A stretch of 62,737 nucleotides of DNA, counting the filler, from Pirum gemmata (taxonomy: Eukaryota), in assembly GCA_002812295.1 (NCBI GenBank). It is 14 parts of 14 records of this genome, joined end to end, with 100 filler letters (N's around TTAATTAATTAA, not from the genome) between each part and the next. Parts side by side here need not be neighbours in the genome. Positions count along the whole stretch, not along the records: positions 38,248 to 42,535 come from PDIN01001337.1; positions 42,636 to 46,903 come from PDIN01001338.1; positions 47,004 to 51,255 come from PDIN01001339.1; positions 51,356 to 55,634 come from PDIN01001340.1; 10 more parts are not named here. One strand, given 5' to 3'. The stretch's first letter is position 1. Each line of letters begins with the position of its first letter. Position numbers and translations under genes: made by a program. Of this stretch, positions 38,938 to 52,395 are shown piece after piece. Below the pieces are notes generated by a model. The model did not search any database, was not told where the DNA came from, and was given only the letters and a program-made list of their open reading frames with translations.

Positions 38938-41331
38938 ATGCTGTCAACAGTTAATGAAAAGAATAATGCAGGTTCCTCCAGTAGTAGTGATCTTGAAAGT
39001 ACCTCTGGCTTTAACTTAAATCTTGAAAAAGAAAAAAACAAATCAAGAAATAGAGAAAATTCAAATGGTGAAATAATGTCATCAATAAACGACTCATATA
39101 TATCTAGAATTGCACGAGAAGAAGTTTTTAAACCCTTTCTTCTCCAGGAATTTAATGAAAAAACTTACATTTCACAAGTCTTAAAAGAGAAAAACCTAAA
39201 TCCTGTTTTAACCCAACTAAGGAGCTGTTTACAAACCTTAGATAGTGAACTGATGCAACAGGTATTTGACAATCATGATGATCTTTTGAAGCAAGCTACT
39301 GGTGTTCAGAAATTAGAGGACGTTCTTGAGATGATTCGTGGAAGAGTAGAATCATTGCATACGTCAATGGAAAGACTAAGAGATCGAATTGAGGAACCAT
39401 ACAGCCGAATGCAACAACAAATAAAACAGTTAAGTCACATTCAAGAAACTTGTGAGATTCTCCGAAGTGTTATACGATATATGCAACTCACTGATCGTTT
39501 ATCGGCCCAGCTCAAAGGAGACAACCAAGATCTTCCTAAAGGTGCCCAGTGCATCTCAGAGCTTCAAGACATTTCGGTGAAGGAAGTTATTGGAATTAAA
39601 GTTGTTGATTCGGAGCATGCATGGATTGAGCAAGAAAAGAGAAATGTTATTCAGAAAGCAACCCATTTGTTGAATTCCGGCTTAAACAGTCACAATCATA
39701 CTGATATCGCAACGTCTTTACAGGTATTTTTCAATTTAGGCCTTCTCGAACATCATTTTCAAACCGCAGTAGATAATAACCGTGTAACCACTATTCAACT
39801 AATTGACCAAACCTTTAGTCCAAGCTTGTATGAAAAGGGAACCAACAGTCTGTGGGATAATATTGAATTGCTTTTTGCTCAAATTTGTGAAAGCTATGCT
39901 AAAATTTTTCATCTTGAATATGTTATCAAGAAAAAACGAGATGCAAACACTCAAAAATCATTTTTTTCCATTATTTTTAAGGATGGCAAACAATTATCTC
40001 TCTTACAAACTTTCTGGGAAGCCATCAATAATGCATTAATAGATAAAGCAATGAATTGTGTAGGAAAGTCTTCTTATGTAAAGCTGGCATTCGAAGATAG
40101 TTATCCTAAACTTTTGCGAACCTTCAATGATTTAAAAGACCGTATAACATCTGTGAATCGCAATGCTCAAAATTTAACTTTTCCATTGTTAACCCGATTC
40201 GAAGGGGTTTATCTTAGTCGTAGTGTGTCAAGAATTAACGAAAGTGCCACTTCTATAACTTTGTCTATTTCTAAAGGAAACCAAGCAGATTCTTCATCTT
40301 TCAACCGCTTATTAATTAGTGAGCTTCAGGTGTCAACTTTGGACGCTGAGCTACTCCAGCGAGTTGCAAGAAATGTATCAAAAGGGATCCGCATTTTTCT
40401 AACTAAAATTCAAACTATGATTATTAATGACCGGGATGGTTTTAAAGTTATTCAAATTCCATCCCAAGCCCAGTTGAAAACAATTGAAATGGTCAATATT
40501 TTAAATAATTTAAAGGCTACTTTGCTGTCAGCTATGGATAGAATGCCAAACCTTTCTGGCCGGGCTCAAGAAGCTGTTACTAATGCATTGAATGAAGTTA
40601 AAACTTCGATCGATGGGGTTTTAAAGAACCAATTCGATGCATCACTCTTCCGAATTAAAAGTTCTTTGCTTCGAATGCACGAGGAAGATTTTTCTAAGGT
40701 CACTAATACTTCTTGGTTTGGGACTTCTGAATCCACAAAGTCTCTATATATGACAGATCTTATAGAATGCATTGAGAATCATGAGAATTCTTTACTGTCT
40801 CACTACGAAATTTCATTGCTTTCTTCTTGGCGAGAAATGCTTGTTAAAGAAAGCACAATTGCCTTTGTGAGGTTAATTTCTTTAATACGTCCAATTTCAG
40901 AAAATGGTAAGCTTCGGATTGCCGATGACATTGTTAAGTTCGAGTCAGCCATGTTGCCCTTACTATCACCAATTTCAAAACGCTTGTCTGATATGGGATC
41001 GACTTATAAAATGATGAGAGCTTTTAAACTATTGCTGTTTATTGAACTGGAAAAGATACAAGAAAATACGCAGATAACCCAGCAACTGTCTTTGATTGAT
41101 ATTATCCACCATTTATACAGTCGATCCCCTTCGTCCATGTTATCTCCTCATACCAGACGGCAATGGTCTATACCCCGTTATTACGATTGGATTTCTACTC
41201 ACAGCACTAAAGATGTGCTGAAGTTGATTCAAGAAAATCTTGGGGCTTACACTAGAGAAATACATACTAGAGGTGAAAAGGAATTCGATCCTGTTTATCC
41301 AGTTATTATACAATTATTGGAAAGCAAGTAA
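38938..41331 (+). CDS. COG5: Conserved oligomeric Golgi complex subunit 5
   Basis: LDSELMQQVFDNHDDLLKQATG, TSLQVFFNLG, AFEDSYPKLLR, GKLRIADD, YKMMRAFKLLLF, SPH...WSIPRYYDWI, GEKEFDPVYP. 797 aa, intronless. Confidence 0.93.
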   Translation: MLSTVNEKNNAGSSSSSDLESTSGFNLNLEKEKNKSRNRENSNGEIMSSINDSYISRIAREEVFKPFLLQEFNEKTYISQVLKEKNLNPVLTQLRSCLQTLDSELMQQVFDNHDDLLKQATGVQKLEDVLEMIRGRVESLHTSMERLRDRIEEPYSRMQQQIKQLSHIQETCEILRSVIRYMQLTDRLSAQLKGDNQDLPKGAQCISELQDISVKEVIGIKVVDSEHAWIEQEKRNVIQKATHLLNSGLNSHNHTDIATSLQVFFNLGLLEHHFQTAVDNNRVTTIQLIDQTFSPSLYEKGTNSLWDNIELLFAQICESYAKIFHLEYVIKKKRDANTQKSFFSIIFKDGKQLSLLQTFWEAINNALIDKAMNCVGKSSYVKLAFEDSYPKLLRTFNDLKDRITSVNRNAQNLTFPLLTRFEGVYLSRSVSRINESATSITLSISKGNQADSSSFNRLLISELQVSTLDAELLQRVARNVSKGIRIFLTKIQTMIINDRDGFKVIQIPSQAQLKTIEMVNILNNLKATLLSAMDRMPNLSGRAQEAVTNALNEVKTSIDGVLKNQFDASLFRIKSSLLRMHEEDFSKVTNTSWFGTSESTKSLYMTDLIECIENHENSLLSHYEISLLSSWREMLVKESTIAFVRLISLIRPISENGKLRIADDIVKFESAMLPLLSPISKRLSDMGSTYKMMRAFKLLLFIELEKIQENTQITQQLSLIDIIHHLYSRSPSSMLSPHTRRQWSIPRYYDWISTHSTKDVLKLIQENLGAYTREIHTRGEKEFDPVYPVIIQLLESK

Positions 41332-41903
41332 AAGTCTCTTGTAATATCAAATTTTATATAAATTAAGAATGGAAGTCAATCCAAATAGTGTCTGTTGTTC
41401 ATTTTAAGTTTAAAAATTAGTAACTGTGTTATTCATTGTAATTTTAAAAATTTAAAAATTGGCGGTTTTCCCGTACAATTTATATGTACTATTTATTTAC
41501 AAGAATATATATATGTATATAATATAAAATAACATATATGTCATCAATATAAAATAATATATATATATATCATTATTGTAAGTAAATTTTTGTAAAAATT
41601 GTTTTGTGAAATTTAGAAGCAATTTTTATTCAAAAGTTCCATTTCTATTTCCGCCTTTTATACTTTTTCATAATTCTAAATTTTCTCTCTCTTCAATATT
41701 AGCCCTTTTTTATTAGTGCAAATATTCAGGGGTGATTTTTCAGCCATGGGGTATTTTCGTCATCCATCCTGGGTAATTTCACATTATCTGGTAAACCCCC
41801 AAAAGTTTCCCACAGCCAAGAATTTCAAACATTACATCATTTGTCCTTCTCATATTGTTTTACTTACATCATTTGTCCTTCTCATCATGCGCAATTTCAA
41901 AGT

Positions 41904-41948
<45 letters not shown>

Positions 41949-41989
41949 ATCATTATTCTATTATAACCTCATGTTCCGTAAAGTTTACT

Positions 41990-42535
41990 TAATATATGCG
42001 AATGCTTTTGCGGGGATAATGGTTTCGTCATCATGTCACTAATATTAAATTCACTTTCAACCCAGTTGAAAGTGTCAGTACCCTTTTGAACTTCCCGTCT
42101 TATCCTATGGTATGCTACATCTACATGTCGTAATCGTCTAACTGGTGCAGTTTCATTGATAATTTGTTAATTTAATTCATTATCTGTCAAAATTTCCGCT
42201 AATATCTCATAATCAGGTAGTAATTCTTGCAATAAATGTTGGATGTTTAATGTCTGGGTCTATGCATTATTACTCGTCACGTATTCTGCTTCACATGAAG
42301 ACTAAAACAAAAAAACATCCATGGCATGTACATTACTACCCCAATGAACAATGTTGCCTTCCACTGCTATAATGTCCCATTGCCGATCAGAAGCTTGTAA
42401 TGTAAATCTGCATAGGACGAATCTGCGAAACATGTTATTCTTATTTTCTTTGTTTTTGTAGTTTGCGGTTTGGCGTAGTATTGTAGTTTTAAATGTTTTG
42501 TTTTACTTAAATATTGTATTACTCGTTGTGCTGCA
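41990..42535 (-). mobile_element. Ty1/copia RNase H remnant
   Basis: Minus strand: CFADSSYA (~42420), SSCEAEYV (~42290), RLRHVDVAYHRIRREVQKG (~42110), TKPL (~42020); degenerate. Confidence 0.8.
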
Positions 42536-42751
42536 NNNNNNNNNNNNNNNNNNNNNNNNNNNNNNNNNNNNNNNNNNNNTTAATTAATTAANNNNNNNNN
42601 NNNNNNNNNNNNNNNNNNNNNNNNNNNNNNNNNNNTTATTATTATTATTATCATTATTATCATTGTTATTCCACAACTATTGCTTACACAAGTTTGTTTA
42701 TTTTGATTTATTTGTAAAAAACAAACAACAACAAACAAAAAAAAAAACTAG

Positions 42752-45700
42752 GAAATGAGAATACCGTCATAAAAACATTTGGTCACAAATCCCCCGATGG
42801 ACGTACGCAATATTTTTTACCTTTTGAACCTACACCAAGAATACAACAAGTATGTGTTATAATCCCCTTCTACAATGAAGAAAAACACGAGTTACAAAGA
42901 ACCTTAGAAAGTATACATGAGCAAGAAAACGAATGTAAACATGGTGTTGATGATGACGCAGAAAGTGGAAACAACCTGGAAAAGCAAAGTTTCCATTATG
43001 TTGCAGTGATGGACGGGTACTACCATGCTTCCCAAAGTATGTTGGATTATATTTGCGAAATGTTTGGCGATGAATGGGATCGGGATTTTTACATCGGTGA
43101 TGATGATGATTGCACTACGGTTACTATTCATTTGTAATTGTTTTTTGGTTTGTGTTTACTACTTACTCATATCGGTTTTCATTATCATTATCATTATCAT
43201 TATCATTATCATTATCATTATCATTATCATTATCATTATCGTTATCATTATCGTTATCATTATCATAACATTATCATTAATTATTATCATTATCATTAAC
43301 ATTATCATCATCGTTACCATTATAAATATCAATATGAATTTTTTTCTAAACTTGTAAACTAATTCTCTATTATTACAATAATAAATAATACAGATATTAC
43401 AAAAACTAAATAAACAAACAGGGATGAGCGATAAAGTTGAAATAGCCCCAGGAAAGTTTTTACGGTTATGTATTATCATAAAAAAGCAAAACCGTAAAAA
43501 ACCCAATTCCCACGAATGGTTTTTCCGTGCATTTGATCCGCATCATCATGGTGAGTACTGCCTAACGACTGATTGTGGTACTTTATACGCAAGACATTGT
43601 CTTTATAATTTATTGGCTTACTTATATCATCACAGAGATGTCGCGGCAGTTACTGGTCGTCAACGTGTAATGAGTACAAAAATGCAAACACAAAAGGCTG
43701 AAGGACTACAAGCTGCATGGTATCGGGCGGCTCAGGCCTATGATTACGAAGCAACTATATCAGCATTCCAAGGGGCCTTTTCCTTATGTGGCATGTTGCC
43801 GGTTATACCTGGACCTTGTGGGTTGTTCAGAATGAGTGATATTCGGGGCGAGTGTTTGGATTATTATATGAACTTTATTAATACAGTTTCTCATGATAGT
43901 GGAATTTTGGCAGGGAACTTAATGTTGGCAGAGGATCGTATTTTATCATACGCAGCAGCGTTAAAAACTGGGAAATTTACACGATGGGTTCCTTCGGCTG
44001 TTTTCTATTCTGAAGCAGAAACTAAAACGAAAAACTTTATAGCACAAAGGCGCCGATGGAATAATGGGACTTTTGCTGGTTATTTGTAAGTTTTACTCTT
44101 CTTATTATTTATTTGTTTATATTGTATATAATATATATATTGTCCTAAAAGTATCTACCCTTTTACTTGGACTGTATCAGACACGTTAGAAAAAATAAAA
44201 TGTCAAGGTACTTTTTTCGTAACCCTTTATTGTTTATTAAGTGATAAGACAAAAGAAAATTATTAAATAAATGGTTTTTGTAAATAGTTTTCTACATTTA
44301 TGTAAAGAAAATCTGGTAAATTAAAATATAGAAAAGTATAATATATAATAATGCTATTTATTTATTTATTCAATCAATTGATCAAACATTTATTTATTTT
44401 ATTTATTTTCTTGTTTATTCATTTATTCATTCATTCATTTCATTTATATATTAATTTTATTGTTTATTACATTATTCAAAATACAGATACTTGCTGTTTC
44501 TTCATCCAGAATTGATCTTTAAAGCTGCAGAGCACACGTGGGGTTTCAAATTTTTAATCTATGTTCAGTTACTAATACAAACCTTTTTATACATCATCAC
44601 TGCTATCTCGCCATCCATTTTTGCAACCATAGTTTATTATTCGGTGAGAAGTTTGCCTTTTCTTGGTAAGGAAGTCTCCAAAAATCTAGCGTGGGGTGTT
44701 ATAGGAGTTTACGGCCTGCTCTATTTATCTTTTACCATTGGCCATTTTTTTACAAAGTTTATGAACAAATTATTTAACATAATATTTTTTTGGAACACTT
44801 GTATGTTTTTCATCATATTGGCAGTGAGCTTTACCACTTTTCTACAAGATAATTGCTTGGCCATCTTAGTTTTAGCTGTTACTTTGTTTTTCCCGTTTGT
44901 GTTGGCTGTAATTCACTCTCTAGATGTGTTCATGATGATGTTGTTCAACTTTTTGCCATACTTTTTGTTTTTGCCTACCTTTTTACCATGGTTTTTTACT
45001 TATGCTGTGGCCAGGACTTGGGATTTAAGTTGGGGCAATAGACCAACCACAACAGAAGTCAAAATGAGTAGTGTAAAAAATAAATTAAGAATACGCGGTG
45101 GATTGGTTCTTCTTTTTGTTATTTTGGCTAATATGGGGACTACGACTGGGTTTATTCTAATTGACAATGCTAATACTTTGCTTTATGTATCAAGTGGTAT
45201 TATTGGAGTTGGAATTACTCAACAAATTTTGTCGTTAATATATTATTTATTTAAAACGGATCATACAATGCTGTCAAGTTTAGATAATTTAAACAAAACA
45301 ACTATGAAAATTTTGTCTACTTTACTGTTTCTAATAACCATTGCTTTGCTATTAACTGGGACATTAACTACCGCTTGGCTAACCAGAACAATGCAAGTGG
45401 ATTTTATTCGTAGCAAAGTTAATTATACTTTACATCAAACTTATGTTGAGCAGGTTAATGATGTATTGCAAGTTTATGATGACCTTAACATCGGTAATCA
45501 AACCGAATCCATCTTTGAGAGAAATGAAATATTAGATGTAACCATGTCCACACATACAGAAAATCGTACAGTTATGGACATACGAAGAATGAATCAGAAT
45601 TCTCCTACTTACGAAAACGATTTGCTGTTTTGTTACCAAGGCCCCTCTCGTAATGTGTTGAAAACGAATTATTATTTAAACTATACTCAATTATTCTACT

Positions 45701-46776
45701 ATATCAAGGAAATAGATCATAACAAAAATGAAACTAAAATTAGGAATGGCACCTTGTACTGGTCATACATTAACATGACAGTATTTTTAGATAATAATTT
45801 AATTATCAATTGTGATATCCATACTTTGAATAATGCACAAACCATGAATTATTTAAAAGCTACGGATAGAGGCTTAGGAAAAAAATTTAACACTTCAAAC
45901 GATAACTTGGGCAATGAATCCAATACAAATTCGAAGATAAACGAGTTAAATGCTTTTCAAGGGGATGTTTATCAAACCATTATTACCGCCAATCTTACTC
46001 AAAATCAGATTACGGTGACGGAAAAATATGATGCTGGTTATCTAAAAGTCGAATATGGGCTGTTAAGAGTGAAATTCAAATGGGATACAGCAGACATCGT
46101 TTATAAGAGTCAAACTACAACCTGGGGTCCAAGTTTTATTTGGGACACACCAAACAGGACTTGGGGCTTTAGTTTATTGTGTATTGTCGCCGCCTGCTTT
46201 TTATTGAGTATTAATGTTGTTAGTATTCTTTATTCGTTCGTGGTAGCAGATAAAAGCAGAGCTTATAGTGTGACAGTGCTCTATAGCTGGATTGGTATGA
46301 TTGCTTTATTTTTTGGTATTTTTCTGTTTCCTTTTGCGTGGGGTGATTTGAATACTTACAAAATTGGTTGGTGGGATAACTTGAGTATTATCCAAGGACA
46401 TCCAGTTCCAAAGAAGGGAAGCATGTGCGGCAATACCGATTTTTTTAACCCTGGGTTGTGTCAAGTAAACTGGTCTTATATATTGGTCATTGTATCGTTT
46501 TGTGTGGGGTTAATCAGTTTCAGTACAGTTAGATTTACACTTGAAAAACGATATAGGTATGTTGATCCAGAGATAGTTGAAAATGTGAATAAAGAGAAAG
46601 CACAGGCTTTAAGAAAAAAAGAACACGAACCATATGAATGTAAAAGCAATGAAAATTGTGAAAAAAAGCAAAAAAAGGCATACAGTAACCCTGTTAGGTA
46701 CGGTTATGAACAATTCAGAGGAGAGACAATATCGGTTGACGAAGATGAGAAACCCCGCACTGGTACCATAGTATAA
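42752..46776 (+). CDS. Chitin synthase (GT2), 5' partial; exons 42752-43119, 43394-44085, 44487-46776; C-terminal LHFPL/claudin-like extension
   Basis: IIPFYNEE, VMDG, QNRKKPNSH, TTDCGT, PVIPGPCGLFR, LAEDRILS, QRRRW, WDLSWGNR. Both GT-AG introns are phase-compatible. Confidence 0.93.
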
Positions 46777-47814
46777 TTCATATAATATTATGGCTCTAGT
46801 TTTTATGCCATGTACAATTTGCGAATTTGCGAACATGCCATTCCAAATAATAATAATAATTATAATAATAATAATAATAAAATAACAATAATAATAATAA
46901 TAANNNNNNNNNNNNNNNNNNNNNNNNNNNNNNNNNNNNNNNNNNNNTTAATTAATTAANNNNNNNNNNNNNNNNNNNNNNNNNNNNNNNNNNNNNNNNN
47001 NNNCTAACCCTAACCCTAACCCTAACCCTAACAGTACCATCATTATTATTATAATTAGAAACCTAACCCAACCTGTTAGAACACGTTTAGAACACCATTT
47101 ATCATACTTAGATCACATGAAAATCAATCGGGCATGCCTTTTTTATGGCTTTTTTTATCTAATTTTAAATGAAATCAAATTAGGTCTGCTTTAGGACTGA
47201 TTTAGGTCACTTTGTGCTCTAGGAATGTTGAGGAATAAATTTGATCACGCGATTTTTTGCGCTGATAGTCTATGATAGCTGATAGTCTACTTCTTTTTAT
47301 TAGCTAGCTAGCTACTACTAGACTCTACAGTTGTATCGACAGTATCGTACTGGTAGCTAGCTAGATCTTACCTATGCCTCTTTGCCCAAAACTATTTTGG
47401 TCATAATTTTAAAGCTCATTTTAATAATTAATTACTGCCTAAAACAGTTTAAGAATAAGTCACGCCTTTTATTTATGAAAGACTGTAGACTAGCTAGCTA
47501 GCTACAGAGTCTATCATACCAACTAGACTAATACCTACTAGCTAGCTAGCTAGCTAATCAGATACTAGCTAGCTAGGTCTAGCTAGCTAAAGAGGTCTAC
47601 CAGACAACTACTGTAGCTATCCGATAGCTAGCTACCCTAACCCCTTGCCTTCTATCCAGAATCCAGATACATAATAATATTATTACGATACTATATATCT
47701 AATTATTATAATAATGATATGATACTGATATCATCTACTAAGGTAGCTGATATCATAATTATCATAATAATCATAGCTAGCTAGAGCTAGCTAGCTAGCA
47801 GCCCTTTTAATATA

Positions 47815-48190
47815 ACCTAACCCTAACCCTAACCTAACCCTAACCCTAACCTAACCCTAACCCTAAACTAACCCTAACCCTAACCTAACCCTAACCCTAA
47901 CCCAACCCTAACCTAACCCTAACCCTAACCTAACCCTAACCCTAACCTAACCCCAACCCTAACCTAACCCTAACCCTAACCTAACCCTAACATTAAAACC
48001 TAACCCTAACCTAACCCTAACCTAACCCTTACCCTAACCTAACCCTAACCCTTACCTAACCCTAACCCTAACCTAACCCTAACCTAACCCTAACCTAACC
48101 CTTACCCTAACCTAACCCTTACCCTAACCTAACCCTAACCCTAACCTAACCCTAACCCTAACCTAACCCTAACCCTAACCTAACCCCTAG
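47815..48190 (-). repeat. Interstitial telomere-like array mixing CCCTAA and CCTAA units
   Basis: Direct reading; a short (CCCTAA)n also opens this contig at 47004-47031. Confidence 0.95.
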
Positions 48191-50924
48191 CTAATATAAC
48201 TAGCTAGCTATATATTAATATGATAGTAGAAACTGGTTGAAATGTTGTTCATTATTAAATTTTATATTGGGGGATATTATAGGCCCCCACCCCTCCATAT
48301 ATAAGTATGATAGAAACAAATTTTTCAAAATAATATTTTTTCTAAATCACTACCATTTTGATAAGAATAAAGGTGATATTATTATTAATGATAGTGATTT
48401 GGAAATAATTTTGAATAATTTTAAGAGTAAAACAACACAGGATTGATAAGGATATGAGAGATAGATTTAATTAAAATGAATTCGAATATAATTATAAGGT
48501 GTTATATTAATTCCTCTATTGTTTGATTACAGTTGGCAATATATTCGGTTCGGTATTTTGAGTTTGGTAGTAGGGAAAGGTCCTGGTATAAAGTTGTAGA
48601 AGTTTTACAGTCTAGAATGAAAAGCACGATATATATAATATATATATGGAACCAAATGTGGGTCTTTCGGTCCTTGGCTATATATCGATGTATCGTGCTT
48701 TTCATTTGTTTTGTCATCATAAAATATACAATGAAGAGTATTAATACCAAATTAATATTATATAAATCCATTTCATTTAATTTGGTATTAATGTATTATA
48801 CTATCTATTTATTTATTTAAAAATGTCAACTTAAATATTATAAAACCAACCAAATATTAATAAATATTTGGATGGACAAAATAAATGAAAAGCACAATAT
48901 TAGTTGCAGCTGATTTTGTTGTACCGGTAATTTGGTTTGTTGGCTAGTTTTGGTATTTATTATCATATCAGATATTAATATTATTAATAATTTATAAAAA
49001 TATTATTAATATTTTAATATAATATAATATAAACTGTGCATGTATTTTAAAATAAGTGGACTTTAGTCTTTAGGTTTGTTTTGTTTTAGTTCGACCGGGG
49101 GTCTACGAGCTATTTTTAAAAATAAACTTGATTTTCTATATATTAATATTGTATTATGATTATGCAATATATATATTATCATAATATTAATATATACATA
49201 TATATAATGTTGTGCTTTTCATTTATATATTGTCACTCAGAATATTTATTTGGTTGGTTTTATAATATTTAAATTGTCTTTTTTAAATGAATAAATAGAT
49301 AATAAAGTGTACCAAATTAAATTAAATGGATTTTATTTTATTAATTTGGTATTCTTTATTGTATATTTTATGATGCCAAAATAACTGAAAAGCACTAGTT
49401 GTATCAATAATTTAATGGTATAATTGAACTTTATTATTGAACATTTAATTATTATTAAAAAACAGAAATTTTTTATTTTTTTATACCAAGCCGGATAAAA
49501 ATGGCGACGTACGCCATATGAGCTCAAAAATCCAAAAAATTTCAAAATGATCCAATTTTTTAAAATTTTAATGAAAGTATAATACTGCTAATTATAAATA
49601 AACTCTATTATGAACCAATTGCTAGTACTATTAATTAAAAAATGATTTCTATTTTTGGTTTTGACTTGTTCTAGTTGGCTTGTTGTACTTTTCATAATGA
49701 CAACATAATATAATATAGTCTATGATAAACAATTGTGTTAAAAAATAATGTTATGATATAATTAATCGTTCTTTTGTTATAGAAATATTAATATTGGTTT
49801 TTAAACTTTGTTCCTACAGTTATCGTGCTTTTCATTTATTTTGCACTCCAAATATTTATTTGGTTGGTTATAATATTTACATTGACATTTTTAAATGAAC
49901 AAATAGATAATAAAATATACCAAATTAAATTAAATGTATTTATATTATATTAATTTGGTACTATATATTTATTGTATATTTTCTGTGATGACAAAACAAA
50001 CTGAAAAGCACTATCCTATATATTATAATAGCATTGGCTGCATTGTAGTCTTTGTTGAACTTGTTGTGGATATTGTTGGAGTTGTCGTCTATATTCGGAT
50101 TTAGACTCTATATTATATTAATTATGCAGTACTAGTATTATTTTGATGCAGGCAGGTATAATAGCTATCATGGTATTGATGGGTATAGGTCTCATGTTTT
50201 TTCAAAAGTGTTAATAACGTTGTCCAGTTCGAATTCAAAAACTGAACTAAATGTAGTTAAAACCAAATTATTATTAATTAATTAATTTTTTATTTTATAC
50301 TTTTAATGTTGTATGATATTTTATAATAAAAAAGTTTTTAAAATTATACAAAATTAAATGCCACTAGTAGAGTACTGCTAATTATGATATACATCAACGT
50401 TAACTTATTTATAAATTATAATATGATATAATAATATTATACTGGTATAATATAGACCACCGTCTATAGGAGCTCTTCCACAAATTTTGTAGCTTTTTCG
50501 AAGAATATTTTTGCGCGTAATTCTACCCCCTCAAATAGACTATTTATATAAAAAATACGGTTTAGGGTGAATTTTGGCAATATTTTGCAATATTTTGCAA
50601 TTAAGAAAATGGTTTTGAATTATATTTATACATGAATATAATATTATGAAGCGCTCAAATAATACGTCACGTCAAGGGGTAGGTAGGTAGGTGGTATTTG
50701 ACCGGAATTCAACGTCGAGGGATAGGTAGATTGGGGTATTTGAAGCTGTATTTGACCAGAGTTTAATGTAATAATTTATTTGGGTAAAAAAGACCAGGAG
50801 GATTTTTATAGCTTTTTATTTATTATCATATTAGTCTATTTACTATTTAGTCTATATTTTGTGTGGTAATAAAAAAAGCCCTGGGCTGGTCGATGGGGTG
50901 TGTGGTTGCCGATTCTGTGGTTAA

Positions 50925-51255
50925 CTCATTTCCCACTCATTATCGAACTCGATCTCGATCAAGGTCAAGTCTAAAATTTAGTAATAAACTACTACGATAG
51001 ATGTTGAAAAGTCAAGCACAGTTTTCTTTTTAGGTTCGCTCGTTTGATTTTTACCCAGTTTATTTCTATAAAAAAATCTTAAAAAAAAAACAAAAAACTT
51101 CAAAGGTCAGTTCAAAGGTCTCATTTCCCACTTATTTTCGAACTCGATCTCGATCAAGGTCAAAACTAATATTTTAGTAATAAACTACTACGATAGATGT
51201 TGAAAAGTCAAGCACAGTTTTCTTTTTAGGTTCGCTCGTTTGATTTTTACCCAGT
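50925..51255. repeat. Direct duplication of about 135 bp (50925-51060 and 51119-51255)
   Basis: CTCATTTCCCACT...GATTTTTACCCAGT occurs twice; the second copy ends the contig. Confidence 0.88.
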
Positions 51256-51632
51256 NNNNNNNNNNNNNNNNNNNNNNNNNNNNNNNNNNNNNNNNNNNNT
51301 TAATTAATTAANNNNNNNNNNNNNNNNNNNNNNNNNNNNNNNNNNNNNNNNNNNNGGGGTATAGTGTTATCAAGCTGTTATCATATAATAATAACAATGT
51401 AACATAAACCGGAAAGGAGGTGGGGATTAAAAAAATAAATAAATAAACTAAAGTAGTTTCTAAAGTTTTAGTTCTAAAATAAAGAACTATACATTAAATA
51501 ACAATAATAATAATAATAATGTATTAATTTTGCATAATACTATATAATACGTATATATGATATACACTAGTACTGAAACTGTTTTTTATTAATTTATTAA
51601 TTACTATAATTATATATATATATAATATGAAG

Positions 51633-52333
51633 GTGGTCAAGACGCTTGTAAAACTTACGACAATAATAAAAGTTTTAATTGTAAACACAAAGATTATCGA
51701 GGTACTTTTGCCCAAAAAAAATGGGTTTGTACTCCCAATGTTAGTATAAACATAGAATACTACGAAGGTAAAAATAGCACAGAAAACTCATCTGAATGTT
51801 TGGGTTCCCAGATGAGATTCGTCAAGGATTGGACGGATGCCATTGTCAGTTTATGGATAGGATCATGTTCTCCTGTTTTTAGTGGAGAATATATTAAATG
51901 TTTTTTGAAGAACAATGACCAAACTGTTGAGTGTCTCACTTATTCAACTAAAAAGAACTGTGAACAAAACGAATGCGGTTTAGATGGACGTCAATATACT
52001 ATATCAAACAATTGTGAAAAAAACAAAAATAAATTTATTAGTGGAATAAAAGAAGCTCAGTATTATAAAGCATTTTTGGTAGAGCAATGTCAATTGGAAA
52101 AAAAAATCGTTGTGCCAACTTCCCCCCAATCATGTAATTCTCAGCAGCAACTTTGTAAAAATGGTGGTGTGTTTGATCCAACTAATACTACAAGTGAACA
52201 GTCTTGTGTTTGTCCATTTGAATACAAGGGCAGGTAATATAAAAATGCTTTATGTTATTATTATTGTTTTTGTTATTATTGTTATTAATGTTATTAATGT
52301 TATTATTATTATTATTGTTATTGTTGTTATTGC

Positions 52334-52395
<62 letters not shown>

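Noticed and set aside
47004..47031. True chromosome end
   Set aside because: Only about four repeats at a contig edge. Interstitial arrays are common here, so an assembly break is equally likely.
48502..49545. Short ORFs at 48502-48820 and 49333-49545
   Set aside because: They overlap non-coding MITE family C and A copies.
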